From assembly GCA_008632985.1 (NCBI GenBank), contig QPGO01000130.1:124001-188000 (forward strand): 64,000 nt of DNA, given 5' to 3'. Positions 40,501 through 52,399 of the stretch are shown one piece after another. Below the pieces are notes generated by a model. It did no database searches and had not been told where the DNA came from. It was given only the letters and a program-made list of their open reading frames with translations. Origin of the DNA: Psammoneis japonica. Taxonomy: Eukaryota. Made by a program: the position numbers and the translations under genes. Numbering within the stretch: the stretch's first letter is position 1; each line of letters starts with the position of its first letter.

Positions 40501-40830
40501 CACATCCCATCACAGACTGTGCCCACTGCAGAGTCAATGATGTGATGCAGCCCAACGTCCCTGTCCAGGGGATGCAATTCAGTCACGCCTTAGACTGGCT
40601 GCTTTGGTGCACACCCCTTGCCAACCCCAAGCATGGAAAGGTCTGCCCCATCAAGGCAGACCCATCAGATGGCTTTTGCTGTGTGAATCTTGAATCACGC
40701 TCCATTCCAAAACTGGGGCAACATTCCCAAGCCTCCCACATGAGCCCCCACTCATTGCCTTGCCACTCAAACCACCTGTGGGATGGCACAATTCACCCCC
40801 AGCCTTCTGCACCACCACCACCAAAACCAC
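37600..40830 (+). mobile_element. Degenerate tyrosine-recombinase-type (DIRS/Ngaro-like) retrotransposon: gag-like region plus RT N-terminus
   Basis: QGPHKSAHEF..DMVEKNIW and MQFSHALDWLL...ANPKHGKVCPIKADPSDGFCCVNL...IPKLG resemble the RT consensus MQFGRAL.R.L...A.P..G.VYL.K.D.SDGFYR..L....IPKLG. The upstream boundary is approximate and no recombinase domain was seen. Confidence 0.6.
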
Positions 40831-43364
40831 AGCCTTTCCTCACCTCACCTCATCCCCTCTTGGTGTCCTCTTTTGTGCAGATCTTTGGCGCACTTTTCCA
40901 CTTGCAGAGACTTGGGTTGGTCCATTGGAAAGTCTTTGAGATCTTGATGGATGTGTGGCACACCAGAGCTGCCAGTGGGGACAATCTTGTGCTTGAGTTG
41001 GAGCAGGCATGGCGCTTGCTGGGTGGCTCATTTCTCAGCTGCCGTGCATCAATTTGACAGCATGTCTCCCCAATGGTGAGGATGCCACCATGGCAACTGA
41101 CAAGGCTCTCAAATGTCTTGACAGCAGGCTTTTCCTGTCAACTTCAATGGCAGAGAATGAACAGGGGCTTCTCTGATTGCTTGGTTGTTGGAAGATCCAT
41201 GGTGGACTTGTGAAGATCAGCGTTGGCTGCCTTTCTTGCCAGCATTGGTTTTGTTGTGTGTGTGTCTGTGTCTCCCCCCTGCCCTGACCCCAGCTGGGCT
41301 GGAGACAAATGGGCAAGATGAAGTCAGGGTGAAGTCAGGGTTTGGGGTTGACCACTTTCAAAATTCATTGCATGCAAAACAGAATCAAATGGCTTTCAAA
41401 GGCTTTGGGACTTCACAAAAATCACTCTGCAAACAAATGTGAAATGTGCCAAATTTTGCACTGCCTTGGTCATTTTTGGGTTGGGATGCCATTGACTCCT
41501 GGCCAACCAATTGGCTGTTTTTCTGTTTTGATGTCATCAACAACAAATGTTTGAATGTCAGTTGCTTTTGTCTTTTGTTTCACCTCCATCTGTGTGACAT
41601 GGCACTTTTTTCCATTGAGATGATGGACTTTTACATTTTGTGCTTTTTTGCACATGTTCACTTCAAAATCAGGGGTTGTCACAAACAACTCAACCCCTTG
41701 TTTCTGTGCCTGACAAGGACAATCACATGATGCAAGCCCAGATTGTTGCCACATTGTTGAAAATTGTTGTCTGATGACTGCAACCTTTGATTGCAATGCC
41801 TTGCACTGTCATTTGCAGCAGGAGCCTGAGAGCCTTCTTGGAGCCCTCTTGTGCTCCTGAAGTGACCTAGGAGCTTGCTCAACACCAGCAACATGCCCCT
41901 CATTTTCCTGCCATCAAGCTTTTTCCCAAGACAAAGTCCCTTTCTTGTTGTCGTGGCTTTTTTTTTGTTTGACACAGAGGCCACTTTTCTCTTCCTTGTG
42001 CCTTCTTGGGGCTTGGCTTCTTCTTGAGTGTCTTGGAATGTTGCTTGTTCTTGATGGCTTTTTTGGCAGCCATGGTGCTGGCAAGGACAAGAACCACATC
42101 ACAAAAATCACATGTTCAAGGCAGGGGGGCACTGCTTCACACAGCTCCAAGGACAAAAACATGTGTTGTCAACTTTCCTGTCCCTGTGCTGATGGGTTTC
42201 ATTGACAAGAGAATTCCAAGAATCAGTCAGAGATGCAAATGACCCAGCTCCCAGTTTTGTGCAACAATGCAACAACTGTGCATGAGCTCCAGGGAGAACA
42301 ATTTAGAGCCTGGTTGTCAACAACTTTGACCACAGAGACAGCTGGGTTTGTGTGGTTCTGTCCAGTCTTTGTTGTGTTCAAACAACTGGCACTTCAGCAG
42401 ATGACATTGTTCAGGTTGCAGCTGTGGGCAGGGAGAACAAGGCCCAATTCTCTGGGCACTTGTGAGCAGGGATGTGAGGAATGGATTGCTGGCATGCCAA
42501 GGTTTTCAATTTTGCAGATGTTGCTGCAACAAGAGCCAGTTTCAACAATGACAAAGATCCAAAGGAGAGTGGCTGGCCTGCCACAGGACTCATCCGACAA
42601 TCATGATGAGTGAAAACCCTGCCCAGCCATGTCTGCAACTTCGTCAGCTTGTCAAGAGTTGTTGGGCAACAAAACACAAAGACACTGCATGCAAGCCAGA
42701 CAGATCATGTTGCTGATGATGACAAGTCATGCAATGTTGTGCACTCTCTGCCTGTTGCACCTGGCCACTTGTGGGCTGTGCCAGCACCATTGTCAAGTTG
42801 ATTGGAGTGACGTGCTGCAAAGACAGTGCTGATGAGACATTTTGCCAAACCAGCAAAGATGTTGCCAAGCCCCAGTTTGTGGGTGATGAGGGTCCAAACA
42901 AAGCCCAAGAGCACTGCGGATGTCCTTCTTCTCCCTGGCCCCTGACGTTGTTGTTCATTGAAGCATCAAGATGCAGCCGCCAAGCATCCTGTCGTTGTTG
43001 GCTTCACCTTGTCTCACACGACACGACCCCCCAGCCAGTGCCACCCCTGACCAGGGGTGGGATTTCTTGTGCGATTTTGAAGTTTCAATTTGGGTGTCGC
43101 CACTTGCAAGGAGATGGAATTGCAGTGCGCACATTTTGTGCTTTTGTCTGCCCCCCCCTCCAATTGGAGTCGGGTTGGTCGGGTTCAAGCTGGAGGTGGT
43201 GCTGCAAGAGCGGACGAAAGAACAAAACATTTGTGCCAGCAGATGCTCTCTAGAGAGTGTCGCACAGACAGACCGCTGCTGCAAGTCTGCAGCACTGCAC
43301 TGCTCCATCTCCATGCTTGCAAGTTCAAAGTTGGGGGGAGTCTCCAGCCAGCTGCTGGCTGAAG

Positions 43365-43512
43365 AATCTTGTGTGGAATTTGCGCTGAAAAAGTCTGTCA
43401 ATCTGTGCATCAGGGGGTTTGGCAAGCGCTGGACAGACTCGACGTCTTTTGTGCACATGAAAATTGCACTGGCAAAGACCCCCAAACACACTGATGAGCA
43501 GATTTTTTCAGC
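43365..43512 (+). repeat. Dispersed repeat, homologous to about 57786-57987
   Basis: AAAAAGTCTGTCAATCTGTGC...GGACAGACTC.ACGTCTTTTG...CCCCAAAC.CACTGA.GAGCAGA shared by both loci. Confidence 0.85.
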
Positions 43513-43987
43513 AATGAATGTGTCGATTGCCGTCTGTCGCTCGCTGACTCTGCTTTCTCTCGTGTCTGTGACGCGCTCTCAGTCGAAGCACCAGACCTCG
43601 AGCTGGAGCTCCCATTCCGGGGACCCAGAATTGGAACTCTAGCTGGAGAGCCGCAAAGGGTGGGCGGCGTGGGCTGCAAGCAAAACTCGCTCTCTCGTCT
43701 CGTCAACGTGCAGCGCAACGTTGATGAAGAAAAAGAGCAAGCTTGCTGCGGCTCTTCTACCGTACGACGCGGAGCGCGTCGTCGAAGCAAGCAGATCGCG
43801 AAAACAACCCCCCACTCGCGCAGGGGGGAGGCACAGACCACTATCCACTATCTCTCATTGGTCTCCGATTTTTGGCGATGGCGCTACGGGCGACGACCTC
43901 CTCCTCTGAAAAACAAAAAGCAAAAGGAGTTCACATTACTGTATTTTGTGTGATGAAACCCTCGTTTCTTTTGTTCGCATTGAGAAA

Positions 43988-45091
43988 ATGCCAAGAGCTG
44001 TCTCCACGTTTTTGCTGGGGACATTCGTCGTGATTCTTTTGCTCTACCTTGATTTTTTGCCTCTGGGTGCTCTCGTGAAACGTCATGGAGAGAACGCCGT
44101 GTCAACCCACAAGTTGCAACGTGATGCGTGCTCCCAGCTCGAGCGATTTGAAAAAGCGACATTCTCTGAAATCTCCTCGACGAATGCTGAGCTTACTCCT
44201 ATTCGTCTTCCGAAAAATGACTTCACGCTTCTGCACATTGGAAAGGCTGGAGGCGGAACTTTCAAGAACCGATTGGGAAGCATGTGGAACATTCGTCACG
44301 TTCAATGTCACCCAACGCCGTGTCGGGAACGATTGCAGGAAAAAGACCAAGAGACTGTGTTTGTCATTACCCTTCGTGATCCAATTGATCGTTTTGTGTC
44401 TGCCTTTTATTGGAGATCCATTGTGTTGTGCCATCCCGACGGAGATGATCGCAAAACAAACGGAAAAGCCTTTTTGAATCCCAACAAGTATTGTGAGGCT
44501 CGCGATCGACAAATCGAAACGGACGTTATTTTTCATAAGTACAAGCGCAATGTCAGTTTGTTGGCGGAAGCAATGTGTCGCAATCCACAAGGCGCTCGTT
44601 TGGATGCTGAAAGCATCCGACACGCACGGTTTTCTATTGAAGATTGGTTGGGACATGGCTGGAGAAATGTGACAGACGTTTTGTTTCCAGTGGTGTTGGA
44701 AAACGAGTTTGACTACAATTTGCAAATCGACAATGCTGTTCATTGGGTCAATGATCGTCTTGATTTTGCCAATGCGTCCGACATGGCTCTCCGACAAGCA
44801 CACGTGAATAGGATTGATTGCCAACTGCTGAAACAGCAAACCGACACTAGTGCGGATTTGTCTCGAGAAGTCACTGTCTCTCGACATTCCTCCTCCTTGT
44901 CAAGTAGAGACTTTGCTTTGCTCTCATCCTTGAGTGAATCCTGTCTTGCTCTTTATTATAAGCGAGATTATGACATTCTTCGAGAATTGAAGGAATTTGC
45001 TTGCAAGACAACCTTGTGCCGTGACGCGATTCAATCCATACTGGACCGACGTGCACCCTTATTACGTCGTACAGGCAAAGACACGGATTAA
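43988..45091 (+). CDS. Sulfotransferase family protein (type II membrane, Golgi-like)
   Basis: N-terminal hydrophobic anchor; PAPS-binding motifs LLHIGKAGGGT and LRDPIDRFVSAFYW. Confidence 0.8.
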   Translation: MPRAVSTFLLGTFVVILLLYLDFLPLGALVKRHGENAVSTHKLQRDACSQLERFEKATFSEISSTNAELTPIRLPKNDFTLLHIGKAGGGTFKNRLGSMWNIRHVQCHPTPCRERLQEKDQETVFVITLRDPIDRFVSAFYWRSIVLCHPDGDDRKTNGKAFLNPNKYCEARDRQIETDVIFHKYKRNVSLLAEAMCRNPQGARLDAESIRHARFSIEDWLGHGWRNVTDVLFPVVLENEFDYNLQIDNAVHWVNDRLDFANASDMALRQAHVNRIDCQLLKQQTDTSADLSREVTVSRHSSSLSSRDFALLSSLSESCLALYYKRDYDILRELKEFACKTTLCRDAIQSILDRRAPLLRRTGKDTD

Positions 45092-45340
45092 AACAGAGAC
45101 ATGATGAGATTTATTTCTTGCGAGAAAGGAAGGAGAGCCACATGCATTGCATTTCGTGTGTTTGCTGAGTTGAAGCCCGAAACATGTTTTGCACCGAGAT
45201 GGTCACTGGTATGGCTGGATAGTTGTTTGGATCTCTGTACTGGCAAGAGAATATCACCAAGACAATCTAAAAGCTTGCCTGTCGCATCACGACATTATGA
45301 TACAAGGGTTTGAAATTGAACAAAACGTATTTTTCAGACT

Positions 45341-45865
45341 TTATGCATTAGGGTCCAATGGATTTCCTTCTTTGTCCAACAGCACCGCCTCAAAGGAGTC
45401 GTCGGCGTTGAATTCCACATCCAATGTACATCCCAATACCTTGAGGAGTGCATTGGGGTGCACGGCCAACAAAGATGCTCCCTTTTTGTCTTGGCAATTT
45501 AATTCCACCACTTCGTGTCGTTTGGTGATGTTGTCGGTGGACATGAAATCAAAGGAAAACACCATGCGAGGCACACCGGTGTTGGATTGTATGTACTGCA
45601 ATTGGATTGTTTTTTTTTCATTGTCAAGCAAGGAACAAAACAGGGTATTGGCCTTGGGAGTAACTTGTAAGGGAGGTATTTTTTCAAGCCGACGACGGGT
45701 CTTTTCTTTGTTACGAGTACCATTGGAAGAAAGGAATCGAATTGGGTTGGAAATCATTTGTGTTGCCCCGCCATTCCAGAATACAGGAGTGTCACGGATG
45801 CGAGAGACTCCAACGCAACATTGTCTTGAGAATTCCAAAGCAAAGCTCCTCTGTTTCATCATCAT
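45341..45865 (-). CDS. Hypothetical protein, weak IscA/HesB-like resemblance, possible mitochondrial targeting
   Basis: Intact 174-aa ORF. PLQVTPKA...FSFDF...LAVHPNALLKVLGCTLDV pattern, but the C-terminal CxCG motif is absent. Confidence 0.6.
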   Translation of the reverse strand: MMMKQRSFALEFSRQCCVGVSRIRDTPVFWNGGATQMISNPIRFLSSNGTRNKEKTRRRLEKIPPLQVTPKANTLFCSLLDNEKKTIQLQYIQSNTGVPRMVFSFDFMSTDNITKRHEVVELNCQDKKGASLLAVHPNALLKVLGCTLDVEFNADDSFEAVLLDKEGNPLDPNA

Positions 45866-46009
45866 CAGGCCTCGTTGACATGGGATAACGTCGGCTTGTG
45901 CTGCCGGGGTGCAGTAGTTAGTCGCGTCGCGACGTGCGTCGCGTCGTCAGTCGTCATGGTTCTTGACCGCCCGACCGCCGACCGACGGTAACCTTACCAT
46001 CCGGCGAGC

Positions 46010-46215
46010 ACTCTCTACTCTACGTACTCTCTCTAGAGAGAGTACCGTAGCTACTACTAGAGTAGCGCTCTACTCTAACTAGAGAGTAGAGAGTAGCGCT
46101 CTACTCTAACTAGAGAGTAGAGAGTAGCGCTCTACTCTAACTAGAGAGTAGACAGTAGCTACTCTCTACTAGAGCTAGAGTAGAGAGTAGAGCTAGTAGC
46201 TAGCTAGAGAGAGAA
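46010..46215. repeat. TAG/CTA-rich low-complexity tract with three copies of a 31-bp unit
   Basis: AGAGTAGCGCTCTACTCTAACTAGAGAGTAG at about 46059, 46090 and 46121. Confidence 0.9.
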
Positions 46216-46418
46216 GTAATAAGACAACTTGAAACTACATTTGATGCATCTTTCGCTGCTGCTACTTTCGCTTATCCCCTTGATGTGCCCAAACTGCAGA
46301 GAGTACTACGTAAACCAATAAAATACAGACGACTGCATCAGCAAATGCAAAGGGGACAGCTCTCTACAGCGAGAGGTAGCAAGCCCTACAGACAATCGAC
46401 TTGAATGACTTTGCACAG

Positions 46419-47906
46419 TTAGTGGGGCCTTGGCCTTGGTATGTAATCCTTCGTTGCTCTCCGGTGTAACTTATCAACGAGCATGGTGTATCTGGTATCG
46501 TTGGCAAGGTTGAATTCTTCCGCCTGATCATGCACCATATTGAATAGCTGCACTTTTCCATCATCGTACCAGCAATACTTCCAGGATCGCCATCGGATCA
46601 TTCGTCCACCCCCACCTATATATGTTTCGCAAAGGGCCTGCCGATTCATCCCATTCTCGTTTCCATCAATAAGTGGCAATAATGATGCTCCATCAAGTCC
46701 TTCCGGAATCTGAATGCCGCACATCTGGTACATTGTTGGAACAATGTCAATGAGTTGAACCGGCCACCACACCTTCTCTTCGGAAGGAAGGGAGGAAGGG
46801 TGTGAAAGTATCAGTGGAACCTTAACTGAATCCTCATAAAAACTGGTCTTGTACCAAAGGCCATGCTCTCCTGCCTGCTCGCCGTGATCTGAAGCGTACA
46901 CGATTATGGTATCATCACGCAGCCCTTTCTCTTCGAGTTTCTCCACGACACGCCCTAACAGGCGATCCGTAAAGGTGACCTGACCAAAGTATATCGCTCT
47001 TGCCTTTTTGATTTGCCAATCTTCCATGCTTTCAAATCCGTACTGTCTTCGATGTTCGGCGTTTATCCTTGGCAAGTCTTGCAACATTTCCTCTGAGACT
47101 CTTGGAAGATCAATAATGTCCTTGTACATTTCGTAGTACTCATCATCAACAATGAATGGGAAGTGCGGATTTTTTAAAGAGACGCCAAGAAAGAATGGCT
47201 TCGTGCCATTGTACTTGTCAAGCCAGGCGATTGCTTCGTTTGTGAAAATCACGTCCCCTTGATGAGTTATATTGCTTGGAATAGTTTGGGCTCGTTGTGG
47301 AAGGCGCCCTACTGATGTGTGGAAAGCATTGTAATCACGGAGAAGCTTATAATATTTGTTTCGGATAGCCTGGTTGTTGGCTCCATCAAAACCCAGGCCC
47401 TCGTTATCAGTGCCCCAGTGTTCTTTCCCGAACCACATGGCCAGATATCCAGCTTCTGCAAAGACGCGTGGGAGCGTCAATGGTGCATCCCTCAACACGT
47501 CGTCCTTGTGGGCCCAGTTTCCAAACACGCCAACTTTGGATGCCATCTTCCCCGTCGCCAACGAGGCACGAGACGGTACGCAACTGCGAGAGAAGTTAGA
47601 GCATGAACAACATTAGCAAAATGCCATCAACAAAAACTTATGTAACAATTATGACAAACGCGACGGTACGCACATTGGATTCTGACAATAAGCATTTTGA
47701 AATAGAACCCCCTTTCTAGCTAGCGCGTCCAAGTTTGGGGTTTGGATAATAGGATGGCCGGCTGCACCAAGCAATCGCCCAGAGTGTTCGTCCGACATAA
47801 GAAAGAGTACGTTTTTCTTTCGTGTTTCCTCGTTCACTTCAGCACATTCTGCCGTCCAAACGAAGAGGAAGACGAGAATGATGTATAGATGGCTTTTCTG
47901 GCGCAT
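46419..47906 (-). CDS. Formylglycine-dependent (S1) sulfatase, choline-sulfatase-like, with signal peptide
   Basis: NVLFLMSDEH, CVPSRASLATG, GKEH, NPHFP and SDHGEQAGEHG. Exon 1 47674-47906, GT-AG intron 47584-47673, exon 2 46419-47583, in frame. Confidence 0.93.
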
Positions 47907-48859
47907 ATTTTTAGATATCGTTTGATGCCGGGGGAAGAACACAGCAAAGAGATACGGATTGTGCACTTTGCGGTTTGCACCAAAATGAAATCAATTTCAA
48001 TTTAGCCCAACAGATTTGCGAACTCCGACACGATCTATGAAGGCCGGAACATTTATTTGCGATTTACTTAAGTCTCAAATAAATACAACGATGACACCTT
48101 TCTTCTCACTTATAACGAAATTTCAATAAATGTTTGGGCCTGACATGCAAATACGACGAACTTGAGAACACTATTATAATACAGTAGATTTCTAAGGAAC
48201 ATTCATGTAGTACTGTATGACCTACCGTACAGTGCCGAAGGTCATGGATTTTCGTCTGCCCGTGTGTCTTCGCTTTTACCCCAAACAAATCAAAAAAATC
48301 CTCAATCGCAAAAATGCGCATCATTGACAATGACCCTCTTCCCGCCATCACCATTTGTGTTGCACGGCAATTTGGTCAATGCCATCTTGTCAATCACAGA
48401 CCAACACACCTCATGATGCATTTGTTCATTGCTGATGTGGCGGGTGTGGCGTCGTCTGTCGCCGATCTTTGCAACAGAGACGATGAGCCGGGATTTTGTT
48501 TTGACACAAAACAATCATGGATGTCTGCAGGGCATCATTTTGTTGTGACAAGTGCACTTTCGATTTGAGCATCAAGATTGCCGCTGATCTTGTGCACTGT
48601 TTTTAAACATGGGGGTGTTGTCCAGCTGGCAAGATGCGTCGATTCATGCCTTTGTTTTGCAGCACATCAAACTGTGTGGGCAATGTGAGGAGGTGTTTCT
48701 GTCACCATGGCATTGTTGTTTTTTGCATCAACATTTTGGTGAGGGTCATTTTCATTTTGTGTGAGCATCACATCCGTTGAATGTCATGCACTGCATCCAC
48801 CAGGGCTTCAGATTGTCATTGTCGTCACACATGCACTCTCCTTGCTGGGCCGCAGGGTG

Positions 48860-49185
48860 GAGGGGGGGGACTCTTCTGTGGCATCCAACTCAAATGCATC
48901 TCTTGGAGGAACATGGTCCTGCCAACTTTCTCATGGTGGTTCCCATCTGATGCTGCTGTGCTGCAAACTTCCAATGTCTGCATCTGGGTGAGGGGGGGGG
49001 GGGGTGCAAACTTCCTGCTGCAGGTGGTGGAGCTCCCTTGCCATCCCTGCAGGGCAGGTGCAGCTGCTGGTGCAAACATCCAGCATCCATTCATGGACAA
49101 ATTTTCAGTGTGTGTTCTTCACACACAAGGATTGCCAGACACTCATGCACTGCACACAAGGTTGTGCACTTCTGCAGGAGATTCC
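48860..49185 (-). repeat. Dispersed repeat, inverted relative to about 58015-58350
   Basis: GTGTGTTCTTCACACAC.AGGAT, CATCCCTGCAGGGC and GCTGTGCTGCAAACTTC match the reverse complement of the 58.0-58.3 kb segment in order. Confidence 0.8.
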
Positions 49186-52100
49186 ATGAATTGCAGCGTT
49201 CATTTTTTTGTGAATGATGTTGGCTGTGATGTCACATGTTGTGTTGCCCACCATTCATTGCTTTTCTTTTCATGTGTGGACAAGAGAGTTAACACAACAT
49301 CTTGTGTGATTCCATCACAACAACACACAATTGTTTTGTGTTGCATGTGAGAGAAGGAGAAGATGATGTTGTCAAAGGACAGTTCAAACGATCTGAGTTT
49401 TGAGCTTGCAACTGTCCATGATGTGTCAAAGGTGCCAGTGCTTTGTCTCAGTGTTGTTGAGAAAAATTCAAGGAAAGTCATTCTTGGCTCTGATTCCAAC
49501 TGAACTCACCTGTTTGACCAGAAGATGGAGCCCAGCCATGAGAACAGTGCAGCAAAGACATTGTTTGCAAGCAAAAGGCAGTTGGGCATGCCAGCACAAT
49601 GGCGCCAAGAAGCATGCACAGTTGGAGCAGTTTTGAATGGCACCCATGCAAAAGCCTTCAGTTTGATGCTCCTGCAATGGGCACAGCTGAGCATTTGATC
49701 AGATTCATGGAAAAAGCAAGGACGTTGATCCAAGAGAAAAATCCTGCTGGGAAAGATTGTCGCAGCTGTTGACAAAGGAGTTGTTGTTTTGGGTTGGCAC
49801 ACTGTTGGGTGCTGATCTTCTGGTTTCTGCATGCTGTTTTGTTGCTGCTCTTGCTGAGATGATTTTTTGTTGACATCAACAACTTTTTGGAAAAAAGTGG
49901 GTGCTTTTCTGCTGAAGCCAATTGCAAGAATGAGTGGAATTTTTGCATTTTGGGTTGGTTTGTGTTGTTTGTGCTTCTGACTTGACATGCATGGCAGCAA
50001 GCAAGACAAGTTGAAGTGGTTTCAGTGAGTTGTCAGTGCTGTGAAAGGTTGCATCAATTTTTAAATTTATGACATCATCAAAGTGTTGTGCTTGTAAGGC
50101 ATTCAAACAACTTGGATCAGATGAGCACACCTTGGCAATGCTTCAGTCCATTCCAGAATTGAAGAACAAGGAGTGACATTGGTTCAGAGTCATTGGACAT
50201 GTTGTTCAAACAAGGAGTGTTTCTAGAATCAAAGTCAAATTGTGTTGGAGCCAAGCAGTGTTTCATGTTTCCAATGCAGTTTTCTTTTTGTTGCGTTGCA
50301 TGATGACTTGTTGTCATGTTGATTTCTTGCATTGTTCTCTTGAGTTGAGTGATGGCATGAGTCTCAGTTTGTGCCCAAATTTGCAGAAGCACTTTGACAA
50401 GTTGGGAGCACATTTGCAGAAACAAGAAGCTCACATTTCCAAAGGAAAAGCAGCAGCAAAGGAGCAAGTTGCAGAGCTGACAGATTTCACGAAGTTCTTG
50501 TGGTGCAAGAACCAGCGATGTGTCACAAAGACTGTGATCACAAGTTCAAGAAGGTTGAAAAACTTCATGAGGACATGTGTTCAAAGACAAAAAAGTTTGT
50601 TGATGTGTGGAGTGCAGCTCCAAAAGATCTCACACAGGATGAGAAGCGCAGCTGGCAATGTTTGCAATGGTGTGTTTCAAGATGATGCTGGCAAGAGGAG
50701 TGGGAAAACCTGCAATTGATCAATGACGGCAAGCACTTGGAAATGTGGGATGTGATGTCATGTCATTGGTTGGAAGCATCACTCATTGGTGGCATTTGAT
50801 GTGTTTTGCTGGAAACTGGTGTTAAATGAGGTGACACAGATTCTTTTTTTAGCAAGGCATTGGGGTGATGGACCAAAAACAGGGCATTCTGTTGAGCTCT
50901 TTTTTGTTCTGTGCTGCCATGTGGCCTTCTGTTTGGAATTGCCATCAATGGGTCCATTGACAAAGAAGTTTGCATTCTCAAGCATCAAAGTGGCAAGGTC
51001 TTGCATTTTCTTCTGTCGTGAATGGAGACCTTCCTGCATGTTGCTTGGATTTGTTGAAGTGGCATTTTCTGCATCATGTGTGTTTGAAGCAAAGGACAAA
51101 TGCAGTCTAAAATGGATTTGTTCTAAGCTCAGCAATGACAACAAAATGGAAGAGCTGATGGTCAAGTGGGTCGAGGCTGAGTTGGTTGACACTCCCACTG
51201 GGGTTGGCTTCCATTTCAAAAGGCTGTCAAAAAGCATTGTGGCGCACATGTGTTGTCTGTGATGATGAAAGGGAAGACCCTTGCATGTCACTCTGTGTTG
51301 GAGCTCATCCTGAAGGGCAAGATTGATCATCTCCAATGTTCAAAGTTGAAGTTTTGGGTGCGTGATCAGAACATGTTCCAAAACAACTTTTTTGAATTGT
51401 GCAAGTGGGTGTTTTTAAAAGACACAGATGAGAATTTGCATCACAGCAATCTGGAGGCAGTGGCAGCCTGTGAAAGGAGAGTTGCTCAATGAAAATTTGC
51501 TTGAGGAATCACCTGTGAAGGTTTTTGGATTTCTGCAAGACAAACATTTTGATCATGGGTCCCTTTTGTGTGCCAAGGCAAAACTCATGGAGTTGCAAGC
51601 AGACAACCTTGAGATTGTTTGCATGTGGCATTTCAAGGAACAACAAATCAAGGGGGCATGAACTGCATGGTCAGGGTGCGACATTTGGGTTGTTCATTTC
51701 ATGTGCTGGATTTTAATTTGTTGAAGAAAAAATTGGCAGCACATTGTTGAAGTCAACTGGTTTCATGCTCTGGTGACTGGACTTCAAAGGAGAAAAAAGA
51801 GGCTGTCCAACACAATCTCAAACCAATGATCAATTTTGTTGAGACAGGCAAATTAACTGAAAATGAGGCAAAGTTGCTTGTGGTGCATGACAAGTTTTCA
51901 AAGATGTTTGCTCATGCACAGTTTGATGCATTTTCACTCACGTGGCCAAAGCAGAACAAAGGTTGTCAATGCAGTTGGAGTTCAGTCCTGTTGTGGAAGA
52001 AAAGCAGGATGTTGCAGAAAGTGGGGCTGTCATGAAGCAGCCAGAGCACAGTGCATGGACAGGTGGCAACTCTGAAGAGACGAAAAGTTCTGCCAGCTTA

Positions 52101-52399
52101 GAAAAGACTTTGTCTGGTCTGAAAAGAAGGGAGTTCGGTTGGCTCTGAAAAGATTGTGTCCATGTCATGTGTCCTGCTCAAAGTGCAAGCTCCACAAATG
52201 GATTGGATGCCATCACACTGCCTGGTGGTTGCCAGCAAGCCTCTTTGCCATCTTGCTTGCTCAGTGGGCAGGATGTGACATGGTGTGACCATTTCAATGT
52301 GTTTGACTTGCTTGTTGTCAAGTGCACTGCATGCAGCACACAGTGAATGAAAACAACACAACAACTGTGGTGTGAAAGTGTGGTGGAAGACTTGACCAG

